DNA of 64,000 nucleotides from Candidatus Peribacteria bacterium (GTDB lineage: Bacteria; Patescibacteriota; Gracilibacteria; Peribacterales; Peribacteraceae), in the NCBI GenBank assembly GCA_041691135.1, contig JBEPVF010000002.1:1-64000 (forward strand). The letters are read 5' to 3'. The notes beneath the pieces were generated by a model. That model was not told where the DNA came from. It saw only the letters and a list, made by a program, of their open reading frames with translations, and did no database searches. This document shows, one piece after another, positions 19,559 to 31,152 of this stretch. Both the position numbers and the translations under genes were made by a program. Each line of letters starts with the position of its first letter. The stretch's first letter is position 1.

Positions 19559-21832
19559 ATGTGGACACATAAAAAAACAGGCCGTGCGCTCCTCTATTGT
19601 GCCGCATTTGCTGTTCTTGTCGGATTCTTTTTATCCGGTTTTGCAGGCTCTGGATTTTTTCGCAGCGACCTTGGGTTCTCCCCGTCACCGAATAACCAGG
19701 GCCCCTCCGGTCCCGACGGACCGCCACTTACACGAGTGAATTCGAATCTAGTGTCCGACCCCGGCATCACGAATACCTCTTTCTGGACACTGACTCACGG
19801 CTCCACCTTCGACGCTTCTGTCAGCAGAGGGACAGGTGGCTCAATACGTCTGACAAACTCGGGGTCAGCTATCGCCAGCAATTTTCTGCCGGTCGAAGAG
19901 GGCAAAGCCTACACGATGTCCGCTTTCATGAAAACCGATACATGGCCGACTTATACGTACCTCATGATCGGCGTGTATCACTACGATCCCGCGACGCAGA
20001 GCTACAACTTTCTGTATAACGCTTTCATCTATCGGCAGGGCACGACGACGAGCAGATACTGGCAGGAGATCGCTGGTTTCTTCACGCCCAAAGAAGGCGA
20101 GACACATATACAACTGAAGTATTACCGCGTGGCCAGCCCGGTTGATGATGCGACTGTCTGGCTGGATGATTTCTATATGGGTGAGGGCCTAAGCCTGGAG
20201 CAACCGGCTTCTGCGAAAAATACGTTCGACGGCTCCGATACACGGGTTGATGCGCAGGGACATTTTTCGGTACGCAAAGGAACGCATTGGGAACCGTTTT
20301 TCCCTTTCTGCATTTATAACGCATCATCTGCCGACAAACTGTCCACATATTCGGCGCAGGGATTCAACTGCACGGCATGGACGTGGCCTGACTACGCAAT
20401 CTCCACCCTTCCGGCGGCCAAAAATGCCGTTTCGACCTTCAACCCGGATGGCATGCGGATCATGATCGATCTGACGGGATACCTGGCCAAATCCACTTCC
20501 GCGTCGTACGGGAATCTGTCGCAGTTGTCATCCTTCCTGACAGCCACACTCGCCTCGCCGCTCTCGGACCACGTGCTCGGATATTATTGGGACAATGAAC
20601 AGTACACCGAGTACGACATGCTGAAACAAGTAACCGACCTGGTGAAGAGTATTGATACGGATAGCACGGGAAAGAGACACTACCCGATCTCGATGCTCGC
20701 GGGACAGACAGGCTTGGCCCGGACGTATCATAACCTGACTGATATGGTGGAGATGTACCTGCGTGATGCCGCTGAAACATGGCAAGCAGATACCCTGTGG
20801 ATGAACACCGAGGAACAGGCTACGGTCCTACGCCACATCGAAGGACAGACCAGCCCGCTGGGCATCGGCGTGATTTCGGAAGAGGGAAATGCCGCAGAAG
20901 TACGTCGACTTGTGTATGAACATCTCATCACCGGTGGCACGGGCATCGCGTACTATCGTGATGGAGCGTGCTACTACTTCGCCAACGGCAATAAGGATGC
21001 AGTGGGCTGCACCGATATAAGCGCACGTCCAGTTTGGAACGAAATCCCTCTGCTTCGGCAGGAGATTGACCAGATGCTTCCGCTTCTGCGCCAGCCCTAC
21101 TGGACCGACTGGTCGGCTACACCGTCTTCGACGGACGTGATGATTGGCACCAGAAATTATGCGTCCGAAGGCTACGTGTTCCTGATCAACACATTGCCAC
21201 ACGCACAAACTGTTTCTCTCACCTTTCAGGATCTGCCCTACCAGCCGCAGGCACTCTACGATTATTTCACCGGCAATCTGATTGCTCCCGTGTCGACAGG
21301 TACGGTTACTATCACACTGCAAGCCAATCAGACGGCGGTCTACCGGCTTGCGCGTTCCATTGATGATTGCAGCAGTCAGAATCAGCAACCGCCCGTACTC
21401 ATCGGCAAGAAAGGCCAAGTGCCGGTACGTCAGGCGACTCTTCAGGGATGTATGCACTTTGATCAGAACACGCTCTACCTTCTCCATACGCCGGATACTC
21501 AGACAACGCGATCATTCGATCTTTCATTGCGGAAGGCCGACGGAAGTCCCGCAGCATTCTATCTCTATGAGTATTCCGCTCCGGATACGACTGAGGAAAT
21601 CCTCCATGCGAAAGATCAGGATTTCCGCCATCAGTTCCCCGGAAAATTTGCCGCATCCCCTGCCGCCACGAACGACACAGCTCTGTCTGATACTTTGCAG
21701 GATCTGAGCGCTGCAAACGGCGTCAGTTGGCTCGCCGCCGACGACTCCGCCGACGCCGTCAATCTCCATCCTCATACCTTCTATGTGTTGGTGGTCAAAA
21801 ACGCAGACGGCGCGACAGCGAACCTACACTAA
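19559..21832 (+). CDS. Surface protein with CBM-like and glycoside-hydrolase-like regions
   Basis: N-terminal TM, NLVSDPG...VWLDDF carbohydrate-binding-like domain, GYYWDNE barrel-like motif. Confidence 0.7.
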   Translation: MWTHKKTGRALLYCAAFAVLVGFFLSGFAGSGFFRSDLGFSPSPNNQGPSGPDGPPLTRVNSNLVSDPGITNTSFWTLTHGSTFDASVSRGTGGSIRLTNSGSAIASNFLPVEEGKAYTMSAFMKTDTWPTYTYLMIGVYHYDPATQSYNFLYNAFIYRQGTTTSRYWQEIAGFFTPKEGETHIQLKYYRVASPVDDATVWLDDFYMGEGLSLEQPASAKNTFDGSDTRVDAQGHFSVRKGTHWEPFFPFCIYNASSADKLSTYSAQGFNCTAWTWPDYAISTLPAAKNAVSTFNPDGMRIMIDLTGYLAKSTSASYGNLSQLSSFLTATLASPLSDHVLGYYWDNEQYTEYDMLKQVTDLVKSIDTDSTGKRHYPISMLAGQTGLARTYHNLTDMVEMYLRDAAETWQADTLWMNTEEQATVLRHIEGQTSPLGIGVISEEGNAAEVRRLVYEHLITGGTGIAYYRDGACYYFANGNKDAVGCTDISARPVWNEIPLLRQEIDQMLPLLRQPYWTDWSATPSSTDVMIGTRNYASEGYVFLINTLPHAQTVSLTFQDLPYQPQALYDYFTGNLIAPVSTGTVTITLQANQTAVYRLARSIDDCSSQNQQPPVLIGKKGQVPVRQATLQGCMHFDQNTLYLLHTPDTQTTRSFDLSLRKADGSPAAFYLYEYSAPDTTEEILHAKDQDFRHQFPGKFAASPAATNDTALSDTLQDLSAANGVSWLAADDSADAVNLHPHTFYVLVVKNADGATANLH

Positions 21833-21896
21833 GAGGACGATCAACCTGCCGTAGAGACTATCAACTCACGATGCCCTTGAGGTATAGTCTTGCCAC

Positions 21897-22919
21897 ATGA
21901 CCCAATCGTCACAAGACTGGCAAGGCTTCCTAGATGCCATCGCACATGCCGATACGCAGACGGCGCTCGAAGCAATGGAGCAAGACATCTTCGGCCGCAA
22001 GCAAGGAGGGATGACACTCGCGCTCAAAGCGCTGGGCACGCTGTCGCAGGAAGAACGAGTTGCCAAAGGTCAGGAGCTGAATGAATGGAAGAAAAAAATC
22101 GTGGAGGCACTGGCCGCCCGTACGAGCGCGCTCAGGCAAGCAGCACGTTCCTCTATCGCCGACACGGATCGCTTGGATGTGACGCTGGAATTACCGGCAG
22201 CGGAACGCGGACATCTTCATCTGATCCCCGAGTTCATGCGACAGGTGGAAGAAGTGTTCGGCCGCATGGGATTCGATGTCGCCTACGGCAACGAAGTGGA
22301 GTCGGAGGAATACAACTTCGACCTGCTCAACTTCCCCAAGCATCACGCCGCACGCGATATGCAGGATGTGTTCTATTTGGATCTACCGAGTGAGCCGGAT
22401 AACAAGTGGCTGCTGCGTGCACATACATCGCCGGTGCAGGTGCACTACATGCAGAATCACACGCCTCCATTCCGCATGATCTGTCCGGGCAAGGTGTACC
22501 GCAAAGATTCCGACGCCACGCACTCGCCGATGTTCCACCAGTTCGAGGGATTGATGGTGGGACCTGACATATCGCTGGCCAATATGAAAGCGGTGATGAT
22601 CACCGCCATCCGCGAACTGATTTCATCCAAAGCAGAATTCCGTTTCCGCACCGGCTACTTCCCATTCGTGGAACCGGGTCTGGAAGTGGATATAAAATGG
22701 CAGGGAGACGAGTCGCAGAGTCGCGAGGGCAAGTGGCTTGAGATTGTCGGATGCGGCATGGTGCATCCAAACGTCCTCAGAAATTGCGGCATCGATGCCG
22801 ACAAATACCAGGGCTTCGCCTTCGGCTTCGGCGTCGAACGCATGATCATGCTCAAGCATCAGATACCTGATCTAAGAGCGTTTTATGAAGGAGATTTGCG
22901 ATTCTTGAAGCAATTTTAG
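21897..22919 (+). CDS. pheS: Phenylalanine-tRNA ligase alpha subunit
   Basis: HAARDMQD, LLRAHTSPVQ, YFPFVEP, GCGMVHP, GFAFGFGVER. Confidence 0.97.
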   Translation: MTQSSQDWQGFLDAIAHADTQTALEAMEQDIFGRKQGGMTLALKALGTLSQEERVAKGQELNEWKKKIVEALAARTSALRQAARSSIADTDRLDVTLELPAAERGHLHLIPEFMRQVEEVFGRMGFDVAYGNEVESEEYNFDLLNFPKHHAARDMQDVFYLDLPSEPDNKWLLRAHTSPVQVHYMQNHTPPFRMICPGKVYRKDSDATHSPMFHQFEGLMVGPDISLANMKAVMITAIRELISSKAEFRFRTGYFPFVEPGLEVDIKWQGDESQSREGKWLEIVGCGMVHPNVLRNCGIDADKYQGFAFGFGVERMIMLKHQIPDLRAFYEGDLRFLKQF

Positions 22920-23017
22920 TAAGAAACCACACTTGAATACATAATTTGCTCATTTTAAGAGTTTTTTCATGGTGTATAGAAGCAAAACGACTTAGCGACT
23001 GGTGCAAATATCATATA

Positions 23018-23046
23018 TTGACATTTTTATATAAATGTTGTATTTT
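23018..23046 (+). promoter_or_regulatory. sigma70-type promoter TTGACA-N17-TATTTT
   Basis: Canonical -35 box with 17-nt spacer upstream of the 23201 gene. Confidence 0.55.
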
Positions 23047-23200
23047 CTGATAATCCAGCGCGCGAGTAAGTCGTAGCAATTTGATGCGCATTGGATCTCG
23101 TATGATCCTTTGCAGCAACGGCTTTCTCAAGTACTGATCAACAATACAGTTACAGTTCACCTGTTTTTCGTGTCTCCCCTTTTCTGAGAGGAATTATTCA

Positions 23201-26132
23201 ATGCTGCGTTTCCAGAATTTCTTCGCGTCCCGGACCCGCACCTTGGCTTCCCGCAAGGGTCGCGGTTTCAAACCGCAATCCCTTGAGGGCCTCGAGGACC
23301 GCCTGGTCCTGAGCGCTGTCGTCACCGACAAGTTCCTGGTCACCAGCAGCGGCCCAGCGCCGAAGCAACTGCAGACCGGAGCCGCCGGCATCACGGCGAT
23401 CTCCATCACGACCAAACTAACCAGCGGTTCTGCAGGCGCCGTCCGAGACATTGTGCTTCTGCCCACCGTGGGCAGTCGGACGCTCCGAGATTCCATCACG
23501 ACGGCCCACCCTCCTGGTGGACTATAACAACGACGGCCGAGGCGACCTCGAAATCGCCAGAGCAGTTCCGAACGGAACGGGGAAACTGGACTTCAAGGTC
23601 TACCAAACCCTGTTCAATTACCCTGGCTTCCAAAGCCTCCGCTTCGTGACCACGATTGATGTCCGCCCTGATGCAAAACCCGGTCCTTTTGGGCTGAGGT
23701 TCTCGTCGGTGCAGTTCACCGATGCGGTCGCCAAGCAGGTAAATTCGAAGAACGTCACGTTCAAGCTCGGCAACCCCACGGTCAATGCGATCGTCGGACA
23801 GGCCAGGCTCAACACAGCCACTGCTGCTCCCAGCAACTTGGTCGCCGGCGACGTGGGTACCGAGACGATCTACATTCAGAATATCGGTTCCGCACCAGCA
23901 ACGAACGTGTACGTCACCGACACTTTGCCGGCGAACTTCCAGTACGCCGGTGGAGATGGAAACACATACGCAAACGGAACTGTTACCACACCGACCTTCT
24001 CACTCGCCCCTGGCGAGCAGACGGCGGTACGTATCAGCATCCGAGCCAACCCAGATGCCAGCAACGGAACGATCGTGTCCAACACGGCGGAGGTCCATTA
24101 CGGATCGACGACGATCACGACGCCAACCACGCTGACAAGCATCGTCCAGCCGACGGTGTCGGTAGCGGCCACTGGGCCGTCCATTGTCACCGCTGGGCGC
24201 AATTTCACCGCAACGGTCACCGTTATCAATACGAGCCCCCTTGCGGTCGACGGCGTCTACATCACCGACTTGCTTCCTGGGTACATGACGTACACAGGCG
24301 GCGACGGTAACAGCTCAGACGGCGACCGCCTCGTCACGAGTCCTACCTTCTCGCTCCTCCCGGGCCAGAGGAAGGATATCCTGATTAGTCTGGCCACCGA
24401 TCCGTCCACTCCGGACGGAACAGTTCTCTCGAACACTCCTGTCGCCCACGCGGGCGTCAACGTGTTCAATGCTCCAACGGTCCGTACTTTGGTCACCAAC
24501 CCGGTGATCTACACGGCGGACATTGTCAGCAAGGCCGGTCCATCAACGGACACGGCCGTCAGCAACCAGAAAAACCTCACCCTCTATCGTTTCGAGGCTC
24601 GCGCCTCGACCGAGAACGGTGACGCCATCGACGAGCTACTCACGTCCGTCAGCTTCAGAGCGACGGCCGGCACGCTCTTCAACGGCACGAGCTATACCTT
24701 GTGGATGGATACTGACGCGGATAACCGCGTCGACACGATCGTCCAAAGAGACGTCACTCCCGAAGACGGATTCGTGACATTCAACCACATCATCGGCGGC
24801 GGCATCGTGCTGCCTGCCGACACAAGCATCCGATTCGAGGTGCACGCCGACATCGCATCTAGTGCGACGGGTCACCTCCAGATCAACCTGATTGACGCCA
24901 AGCTCGAGACCGTGGCCGACGGCAAGGCCATCGATCCGAACAACGTCACGATCATCGCAACCCCCGGCACAGACTACACGATCGCCAAGAGCGGTAGTCT
25001 GTACGTGGTCAAGGACTCAACACCGGTCCGCGGTGGGTACGCTCTTCTGGGCGAACGCACCGATCCGGTGGCGCGCTTCCTGTTCACATCGATCATCGAC
25101 GCGTCGGACGTGACCAAAATTCACCTGACCGCTGTCGGCGAAGGGGTCCGTTCGGTCGATCACTTCGAGCTGTACTTCGACGCAGCAACGACCCCGTTCG
25201 CCGTCGCGACCATCGGTGCAACTGGCACAGACGATGTCCCCCTACTGTGGCACGGCGTGCCGGCCACCACGTTCACGGCCCGCCTGAACAGTCAGCAGCT
25301 CGTCGTCCCCAAGGGGACTACTGTCACCGTTATCGTCCGTGCCCGACTGAAGTCGGATTCGGAAGGCGGCGAGTCTGGTAAATTTTTCCAGATCGTGCTG
25401 GATGGTGGCAGCGCTCTGAGCGAAGTTACTGGCGCGGGTGCTATCCATGCCCGTAGTCTCACTTCACAGAACAATCTCAACGGCAACAACGGCGATCCCC
25501 TCGCCACCGGCGAAGTGTTCATCGGGACCAATTCGGTCAGCCTCAACCAGGACATCATGTTCGGGATGTCCATGACGACGGGGTCTCTGATCACGTCCGT
25601 CACCAACGCAGACCCCAACGCCAACGGCACCTCGGTGCCTGTTGGCAGCCACAGGGCGGTCGGTCAATACAAGATTTCGACCGCCCCGACCAACAACGAC
25701 AAGGATGGCCTGAACAAGACGATCATCGACTCGCTGTCGTTCGTCGTCAACACCTCGAACGTCGCCTTCAGCGCCGGAAGCTTCCGGCTCTATAACAAGG
25801 CCAACTCGGCTCAATGGGTGAATTGCACCATCGTCAACATGGACGGAACAGCCGTCACTGGCGATACCGCAAGCGGATCGTTCCGCGTCGTCGTCACCGG
25901 GCTCGACGATAAGCCCATCGACACGCGGATCGACGGAGGCACAGATGCGACTTTCGTGCTGGAAGCCGAAGTCCTCGACACCAAGATCGACCCGGCGCGG
26001 AGTTCATCGCTTCAGGTCGCCCTCGAGACCGACAAGGTCGAGTGGACCGACCGGGACATCACCACGGCAGTCACGTTCACCGGCCTCGGCCTGTCCGACT
26101 CGCTGATCAAGTCAACCAAGTACACGGCCTGA
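23201..26132 (+). CDS. Large surface protein with LEDR export motif and two DUF11 domains; split by a +1 frameshift
   Basis: SLEGLEDRLVLS motif in ORF 23201-23527; removing one C at 23505-23507 joins it to ORF 23451-26132; NIGSAPATNVYVTDTLP DUF11 repeats. Confidence 0.8.
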
Positions 26133-26162
26133 GAGCCACTGAGAAAGCCAACGCAAAGGACC

Positions 26163-26195
26163 ACTCCCCTGCCGCAATGCGGCAGGGGAGTTTTT
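26163..26195 (+). terminator. Intrinsic terminator
   Basis: actcccctgccgca-a-tgcggcaggggagt plus TTTT. Confidence 0.85.
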
Positions 26196-26228
26196 AAAAA
26201 GAAAAAACTACAAGATATAATTCTGCAC

Positions 26229-26260
26229 GTCGAATTTCGTGCTTCGGATTTCGAATTTAT
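26229..26260. repeat. 7-nt-period array (TCGAATT)
   Basis: tcgaatt tcgtgct tcggatt tcgaatt directly after the pyrE stop. Confidence 0.7.
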
Positions 26261-26899
26261 TCACAATGTCTTCTGCCAATCCTCCGGGCTCTCCACAAAC
26301 TCCGCCACCATCCGTGCTTCACTCGGCGTGATGCGGCCATCATTCTGCGCCGCCTCGAGCAACGTGGTGATGCTTGTAAGCGGATGAAACTTCACGCTCT
26401 CGGTCTGTGCTGATTCGGTCGCTTTGAGGAATTCGTATGTGAAGATAGCGACGATATCTGTGACCGAACATTTTCCTTCTTCGCGCAGCGCTTGCACCGT
26501 CGAGACCGAACTGCCGCCGGTCGAAATCAGATCTTCGATCACCACTACGTGTCGGCCTTCGGGCAGATCGCCTTCGATACGTTTTTTGGCGCCATGCTCT
26601 TTGGCTTTGGCGCGCACGTACACAAACGGCAAATCCATGCGGTCCGCGACCAGCGCCGCCCAGCCAATAGCCGCCGTCGCCGTGCCGGCGATCACATCCG
26701 GCTCCACATGCAGCGCTTTCACGCGCGATACCAATGCATCGGCGATAAACGACCGCGCCTCGGGGTGGCTGTAGATCATCCGGTTATCACAGTAGATGGG
26801 CGATTTAATCCCGCTGGTCCACGTAAAAGGATCGTTGGGTGACAGTTTGACCGCACCGATTGAAAGCAGGAATTCCGCGACGCGTTGTCCGTGAGGCAT
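26261..26899 (-). CDS. pyrE: Orotate phosphoribosyltransferase
   Basis: FTWTSGIKSPIYCDNR, VYVR.KAKEHG, VVIEDLISTGGS. Confidence 0.96.
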   Translation of the reverse strand: MPHGQRVAEFLLSIGAVKLSPNDPFTWTSGIKSPIYCDNRMIYSHPEARSFIADALVSRVKALHVEPDVIAGTATAAIGWAALVADRMDLPFVYVRAKAKEHGAKKRIEGDLPEGRHVVVIEDLISTGGSSVSTVQALREEGKCSVTDIVAIFTYEFLKATESAQTESVKFHPLTSITTLLEAAQNDGRITPSEARMVAEFVESPEDWQKTL

Positions 26900-26980
26900 G
26901 ACTGAAGCATAGCAAAAGCCCAACAGACTTCAATATCCTTGAACTATTGATTGAATCACGAATAACGTACACTACTCCTG

Positions 26981-27664
26981 ATGCTTCCCCCTGATCACGA
27001 AGAAGAACTCCACCGGCTGACTCAGATTTTCCTGGAGGAAAATTCGAAGATAAACCTCTCGGCCCTGCGCACAGAAGAGCAATGTTGGAACGGCAACATT
27101 CTCGACTCGCTCGCGTTCCTCGATCTGCTCCCAAAGCTTTCGACCAATCAACGCGTTAAAATTCTGGACATGGGAACCGGCGGCGGCTTTCCGTTGTTGC
27201 CACTTGCCATCTGCTTGCCGGACGCACAGTTGGTCGGCCTCGACAGTACGCAGAAAAAGATCGATGCCGTGCAACGCATTATCGATCCCATGAAAATAAG
27301 AAACGCGCAGCTGATCGCAGGGCGCGCCGAAGAGATTGGTCATCATCCGCACTATCGAGAGCAGTTCGACATCGTCACCTCGCGTGCGGTGGCCGAGATC
27401 AACGTGTTGCTTGAGTACTGCAGTCCGTTCGTCAAACCGGGCGGCACTATCGTCCTCTGGAAAAGCCTGACCGTCGAACAGGAACTGGAAGAATCGAAGC
27501 AGGCGCAAGTGCAACTCTATGTACCTTTCAGCGAGAGCTACCGCTATACATTGCCCGGCGACTGGGGCGAACGTCAGTTACTCGTCTTTCGCAAAGGTTT
27601 GTCGCCACTGCCAAAAAAATTCCCGCGTGATGTGGGAGTGCCGAAGAAAGACCCGCTCAAATGA
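26981..27664 (+). CDS. rsmG: 16S rRNA m7G527 methyltransferase
   Basis: ILDSL, DMGTGGGFP, GRAEE, REQFD.VTSRAVA. Confidence 0.94.
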   Translation: MLPPDHEEELHRLTQIFLEENSKINLSALRTEEQCWNGNILDSLAFLDLLPKLSTNQRVKILDMGTGGGFPLLPLAICLPDAQLVGLDSTQKKIDAVQRIIDPMKIRNAQLIAGRAEEIGHHPHYREQFDIVTSRAVAEINVLLEYCSPFVKPGGTIVLWKSLTVEQELEESKQAQVQLYVPFSESYRYTLPGDWGERQLLVFRKGLSPLPKKFPRDVGVPKKDPLK

Positions 27665-27750
27665 ATGTAAAATGTTCAATGTATAATGAACAATGGAGGC
27701 TGTTGCCTTTTAAAGCATTGTCCATTGTCTATTCTTCATTGTACATTCAT
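27660..27750. repeat. Inverted 7-nt-period array (AATGTAA-type)
   Basis: aatgtaa aatgttc aatgtat aatgaac aatg ... cattgtc cattgtc tattctt cattgta cattc. Confidence 0.85.
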
Positions 27751-27754
27751 CCCT

Positions 27755-28348
27755 GTGCCCAAGCCCTACACCCCCAACGACAAATGGAGCCAGCGCGCCG
27801 CCGCGGAGGGCTTTCGTGCGCGATCGGTGTACAAACTGCAGGAGCTCGATGCGCGCTTCCGGCTGCTGAAGCCGGGCATGACGCTCATCGATTGCGGTGC
27901 CGCTCCCGGCAGTTGGCTGCAGTATGTTTCCATCAAGATTGGACCGAAGGGAAAAGCCGTCGGCATCGATCTGACAGAGATCGAACCGGTGGCTGATAAC
28001 GTTCATCTGTATCAAGCCGACATGACGGATATGGCGGCCATTCAGAAAATCCTTGCGAACGAAAACATCACTAGCGTTGATGTGGTGCTCTCGGATATCG
28101 CACCGTCGACCAGCGGCGTGAAAGACGTGGATCAATGGCGATCCATCGAACTCAGCCAGGCAGTACTGGCATTGGCAGGCACGGTTTTAAAACCTCATGG
28201 CAAATGCGTGATGAAGGTATTTCGCGGCGCGGACTTCGACGAGTTTCTGCGTGATATAAAACGATTATGGAAGAACGTGCGAGTCGTCACTGTCAAAGCA
28301 ACCAGAGACCGGAGCAGAGAAGTGTATGTGGTGTGTGAGAAAAATTGA
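27755..28348 (+). CDS. rlmE: 23S rRNA Um2552 methyltransferase
   Basis: FRARSVYKL.E, DCGAAPGSW, VLSDIAP, KVFRG, SREVY; GTG start. Confidence 0.94.
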   Translation: MPKPYTPNDKWSQRAAAEGFRARSVYKLQELDARFRLLKPGMTLIDCGAAPGSWLQYVSIKIGPKGKAVGIDLTEIEPVADNVHLYQADMTDMAAIQKILANENITSVDVVLSDIAPSTSGVKDVDQWRSIELSQAVLALAGTVLKPHGKCVMKVFRGADFDEFLRDIKRLWKNVRVVTVKATRDRSREVYVVCEKN

Positions 28349-28382
28349 GCAGGTTCATTTTTAATTCTCAATTCTCAATTTC
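28339..28382. repeat. 7-nt-period array (AATTCTC)
   Basis: aaaattgag ... ttttaattctcaattctcaattt. Confidence 0.6.
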
Positions 28383-28407
28383 GTCCCGGGCTGATACACT
28401 TTCGACC

Positions 28408-29166
28408 ATGCTCGAGGTGAAGAACGTATCGAAGTCATACGGCAAGACCGTCGTATTGCACGATGTGTCATTTCGGGTCGACCCGACGGAGTTCGTCTGT
28501 CTTACCGGCCCGAGTGGCGCTGGCAAATCGACGATCATCAACCTGCTTATCGGAGCCGAAGATGCGACCAGCGGAAGTATCGAGATCGACGGCGTAGAAC
28601 TGCGCAAAGTACCGCACCCGGCCATGCAGCTGTTTCGGCGCAAAGTGGGCGTGGTATTCCAGGACGTCAAGCTGCTGCGCGGAAGAACCGTTGCCGAGAA
28701 TATCGCTTTTCCTCTGGAGGCGTGCGGCGCCAGCGATGCGATTATCAAGAAACGCGTGGGCGAACTGCTCGAACAGGTAGGATTATCGAAGAAAGCCAAC
28801 ATGCTGCCGGCTGCACTGTCGGGCGGCGAAAAAACGCGCGTCGCCATCGCTCGTGCTACCGTCCACAAACCGATCATCCTGCTGGCCGATGAACCGACCG
28901 GCAATATCGATCCCGAACAGGCACTCAAAATCATGTCACTGTTCAAACAGATTCACCTGGAGAAAACCACCATCATTCTCGCCACGCACGACAGCAATCT
29001 GGTCGACTCGCTCAAAACTCGCGTGATCCGGCTGGAAGAAGGCAGGATTGTCCGCGACAGCGTCGGCGGCTATTTCGATGCCAACGGACACAAGGGCACT
29101 AAAGAACATCCGGCACATGCGGGAGACGCGGCCTCGAAAATCAAAATCACGTCGATCGGCAGCTGA
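28408..29166 (+). CDS. ftsE: Cell division ABC ATPase FtsE
   Basis: GPSGAGKST, GVVFQDVKLL, LSGGE, LLADEPTGN. Confidence 0.85.
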   Translation: MLEVKNVSKSYGKTVVLHDVSFRVDPTEFVCLTGPSGAGKSTIINLLIGAEDATSGSIEIDGVELRKVPHPAMQLFRRKVGVVFQDVKLLRGRTVAENIAFPLEACGASDAIIKKRVGELLEQVGLSKKANMLPAALSGGEKTRVAIARATVHKPIILLADEPTGNIDPEQALKIMSLFKQIHLEKTTIILATHDSNLVDSLKTRVIRLEEGRIVRDSVGGYFDANGHKGTKEHPAHAGDAASKIKITSIGS

Positions 29167-29215
29167 GACAGGCCTGTAGCGGTGAGACTGTCACTTGCTT
29201 TGCGTATTTATGTTT

Positions 29216-29246
29216 GACTAACGACTACAGACTAAAGACTATAGAC
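29216..29246. repeat. 7-nt-period array (GACTACA)
   Basis: gactaac gactaca gactaaa gactata gac. Confidence 0.75.
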
Positions 29247-29262
29247 GCATCCCCTCTCGCTC

Positions 29263-30306
29263 ATGACTCAGAAATTCACGTACTCCCAGGCCGGCGTCGA
29301 TATCGCCAATGCAGAAGCGACCAAAGAAGGATTCGCCAAAATTCTGGAAACGGCGGATGCACGCGTACTCAACAAGGTGGGCGCCTTCGCGTCGCTGTTC
29401 GATGCAAGTTTCCCGGGTTACGACGAGCCAGTTCTTGTCCTCAAGACCGAAGAACCGGGCACCAAGCAAATCCTCGCCTTTCGCAACGGTCGCGTGCAAT
29501 CGATTTGCGAAGACACGATCAACCATCTGATCAACGATATCGCCGTGATGGGCGCCACTCCCCTGTCGATACAAAACGCAATCATCTGCGGAAAAATCGA
29601 AAAGCCGGTCGTGCAGAAAATCGTCGAGTCGTTCGCCAACGCATGTAAAGCACAAGGCTGCGTGCTCACCGGTGGCGAAACATCCGAGCAACCGGGCATG
29701 ATCGAACCGGGATTGTATGTGCTCACCGCGAGCGTTGTCGGCATCGTCGACAAATCAAAAATCATCGACGGCTCCGCCATTAAGGAAGGGGACGTTGTCC
29801 TCGCACTGGCGAGCAGTGGAACGCACACCAATGGCTACACGTTGATTCGCGCACTGATGAAGGCCGATCCGACGCTTGAGAAGAAAGACGTAAATGGTCA
29901 GACATTCCTCGACGCAATACTGACACCACATCGCTGCTACTTGGCCGACATCAAGGAATTGTTCGACAACTCCGGTCTGCACGGTATGGCACACATCACC
30001 GGCGGCGGCATCGAAGGCAATTTAAACCGCGTGCTGCCGGCAGATCTGGACGCCCAGATCGATGCATCGGCTATCCGTATCTTGCCGATCTTCAAAGCCA
30101 TCCGCGATGCGGGGAACGTGGACGATGCAGAGATGCTCAAGACCTACAACATGGGCGTCGGCCTCACAATGGTCGTCGATCCACAGGCGAGCGAGACAAT
30201 TCAGAAGCATTTGCAGGGCCGCGGCGTGGACTGCTATCCCATCGGTTCGATCGTCAAAGGCGCAAAGAAAGTGCGATACGAAAACAGTCTAAATTGGGCT
30301 TCCTAA
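29263..30306 (+). CDS. purM: Phosphoribosylformylglycinamidine cyclo-ligase
   Basis: YSQAGVDI, GGETSEQPG, SSGTHTNGY, AHITGGG, YNMGVG. Confidence 0.94.
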   Translation: MTQKFTYSQAGVDIANAEATKEGFAKILETADARVLNKVGAFASLFDASFPGYDEPVLVLKTEEPGTKQILAFRNGRVQSICEDTINHLINDIAVMGATPLSIQNAIICGKIEKPVVQKIVESFANACKAQGCVLTGGETSEQPGMIEPGLYVLTASVVGIVDKSKIIDGSAIKEGDVVLALASSGTHTNGYTLIRALMKADPTLEKKDVNGQTFLDAILTPHRCYLADIKELFDNSGLHGMAHITGGGIEGNLNRVLPADLDAQIDASAIRILPIFKAIRDAGNVDDAEMLKTYNMGVGLTMVVDPQASETIQKHLQGRGVDCYPIGSIVKGAKKVRYENSLNWAS

Positions 30307-30372
30307 TAGGCTGTCTAGAGATTAGGCACTCAGAAAATTGAATAGACACTGAAAGGTGCATAGATTGAAGGG

Positions 30373-31152
30373 ATGAATCTTCGACTTCCATCTTCTGAAA
30401 CGACTGAATTATCTTGGCGAGATGTGGGGAAGAAAATCCGCACGGCACTGACATACACCGCAATAGCATACGTGAGCAACATGATGGCACACGATGCGCG
30501 ACGAGTGCTGGAGCCAGTCGTACCAAATGAAGCACAGTCGGAAAAAGTGCTCTCGTGGGATGAGCTACCAGCGGACGCTGATTTATTGAATCGTACAATT
30601 CTCATACGAATGGACCAGCAGACCATCAGGATTACCATGACACGCGTCATGAGCGGGAACAAACAAAGATTAAACCTCGCTGTGCAGAGCGACTCTGATC
30701 CCGCCAAAAAACAACTGCGCAGAAACGATGCATTTTTACTTCCTGACATCATCGTACCGCTGAGGGTGGAATCTCTAAAAATAGATAGAAAACTTTGTTT
30801 CAATCCCAATGATTTCGTTCAGGATATTATTCTTGAAACAAGGGATTCCATCTTGTTGGAGATCCATATACCTCAAAGCTGGCAAGAAGAACTGCCCAAA
30901 TGGTTGATAATACCCACGTTCAAAGTCCACACCAGTCCGGCAAATGTGGAGAAACTGGTCGCGGAGCTGCGCGTGCAGGAAAATGTAATTGAAGCTCATA
31001 AAATCAAAGGCAACGGCGATGAAGTACCTACTCTGGTTAAAAAAATCTTTCGTGAGCCGAACACCGTCGAACTTCTATTTCAGCATTGGTCTCCTGACGA
31101 AGTTAATGCCGTCGCATTACAGGCTTCAAGAACTACTTCTACTCAACCGTAA
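30373..31152 (+). CDS. Hypothetical protein
   Basis: 259-aa ORF; TAGATT 6 nt before ATG. Confidence 0.6.
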   Translation: MNLRLPSSETTELSWRDVGKKIRTALTYTAIAYVSNMMAHDARRVLEPVVPNEAQSEKVLSWDELPADADLLNRTILIRMDQQTIRITMTRVMSGNKQRLNLAVQSDSDPAKKQLRRNDAFLLPDIIVPLRVESLKIDRKLCFNPNDFVQDIILETRDSILLEIHIPQSWQEELPKWLIIPTFKVHTSPANVEKLVAELRVQENVIEAHKIKGNGDEVPTLVKKIFREPNTVELLFQHWSPDEVNAVALQASRTTSTQP

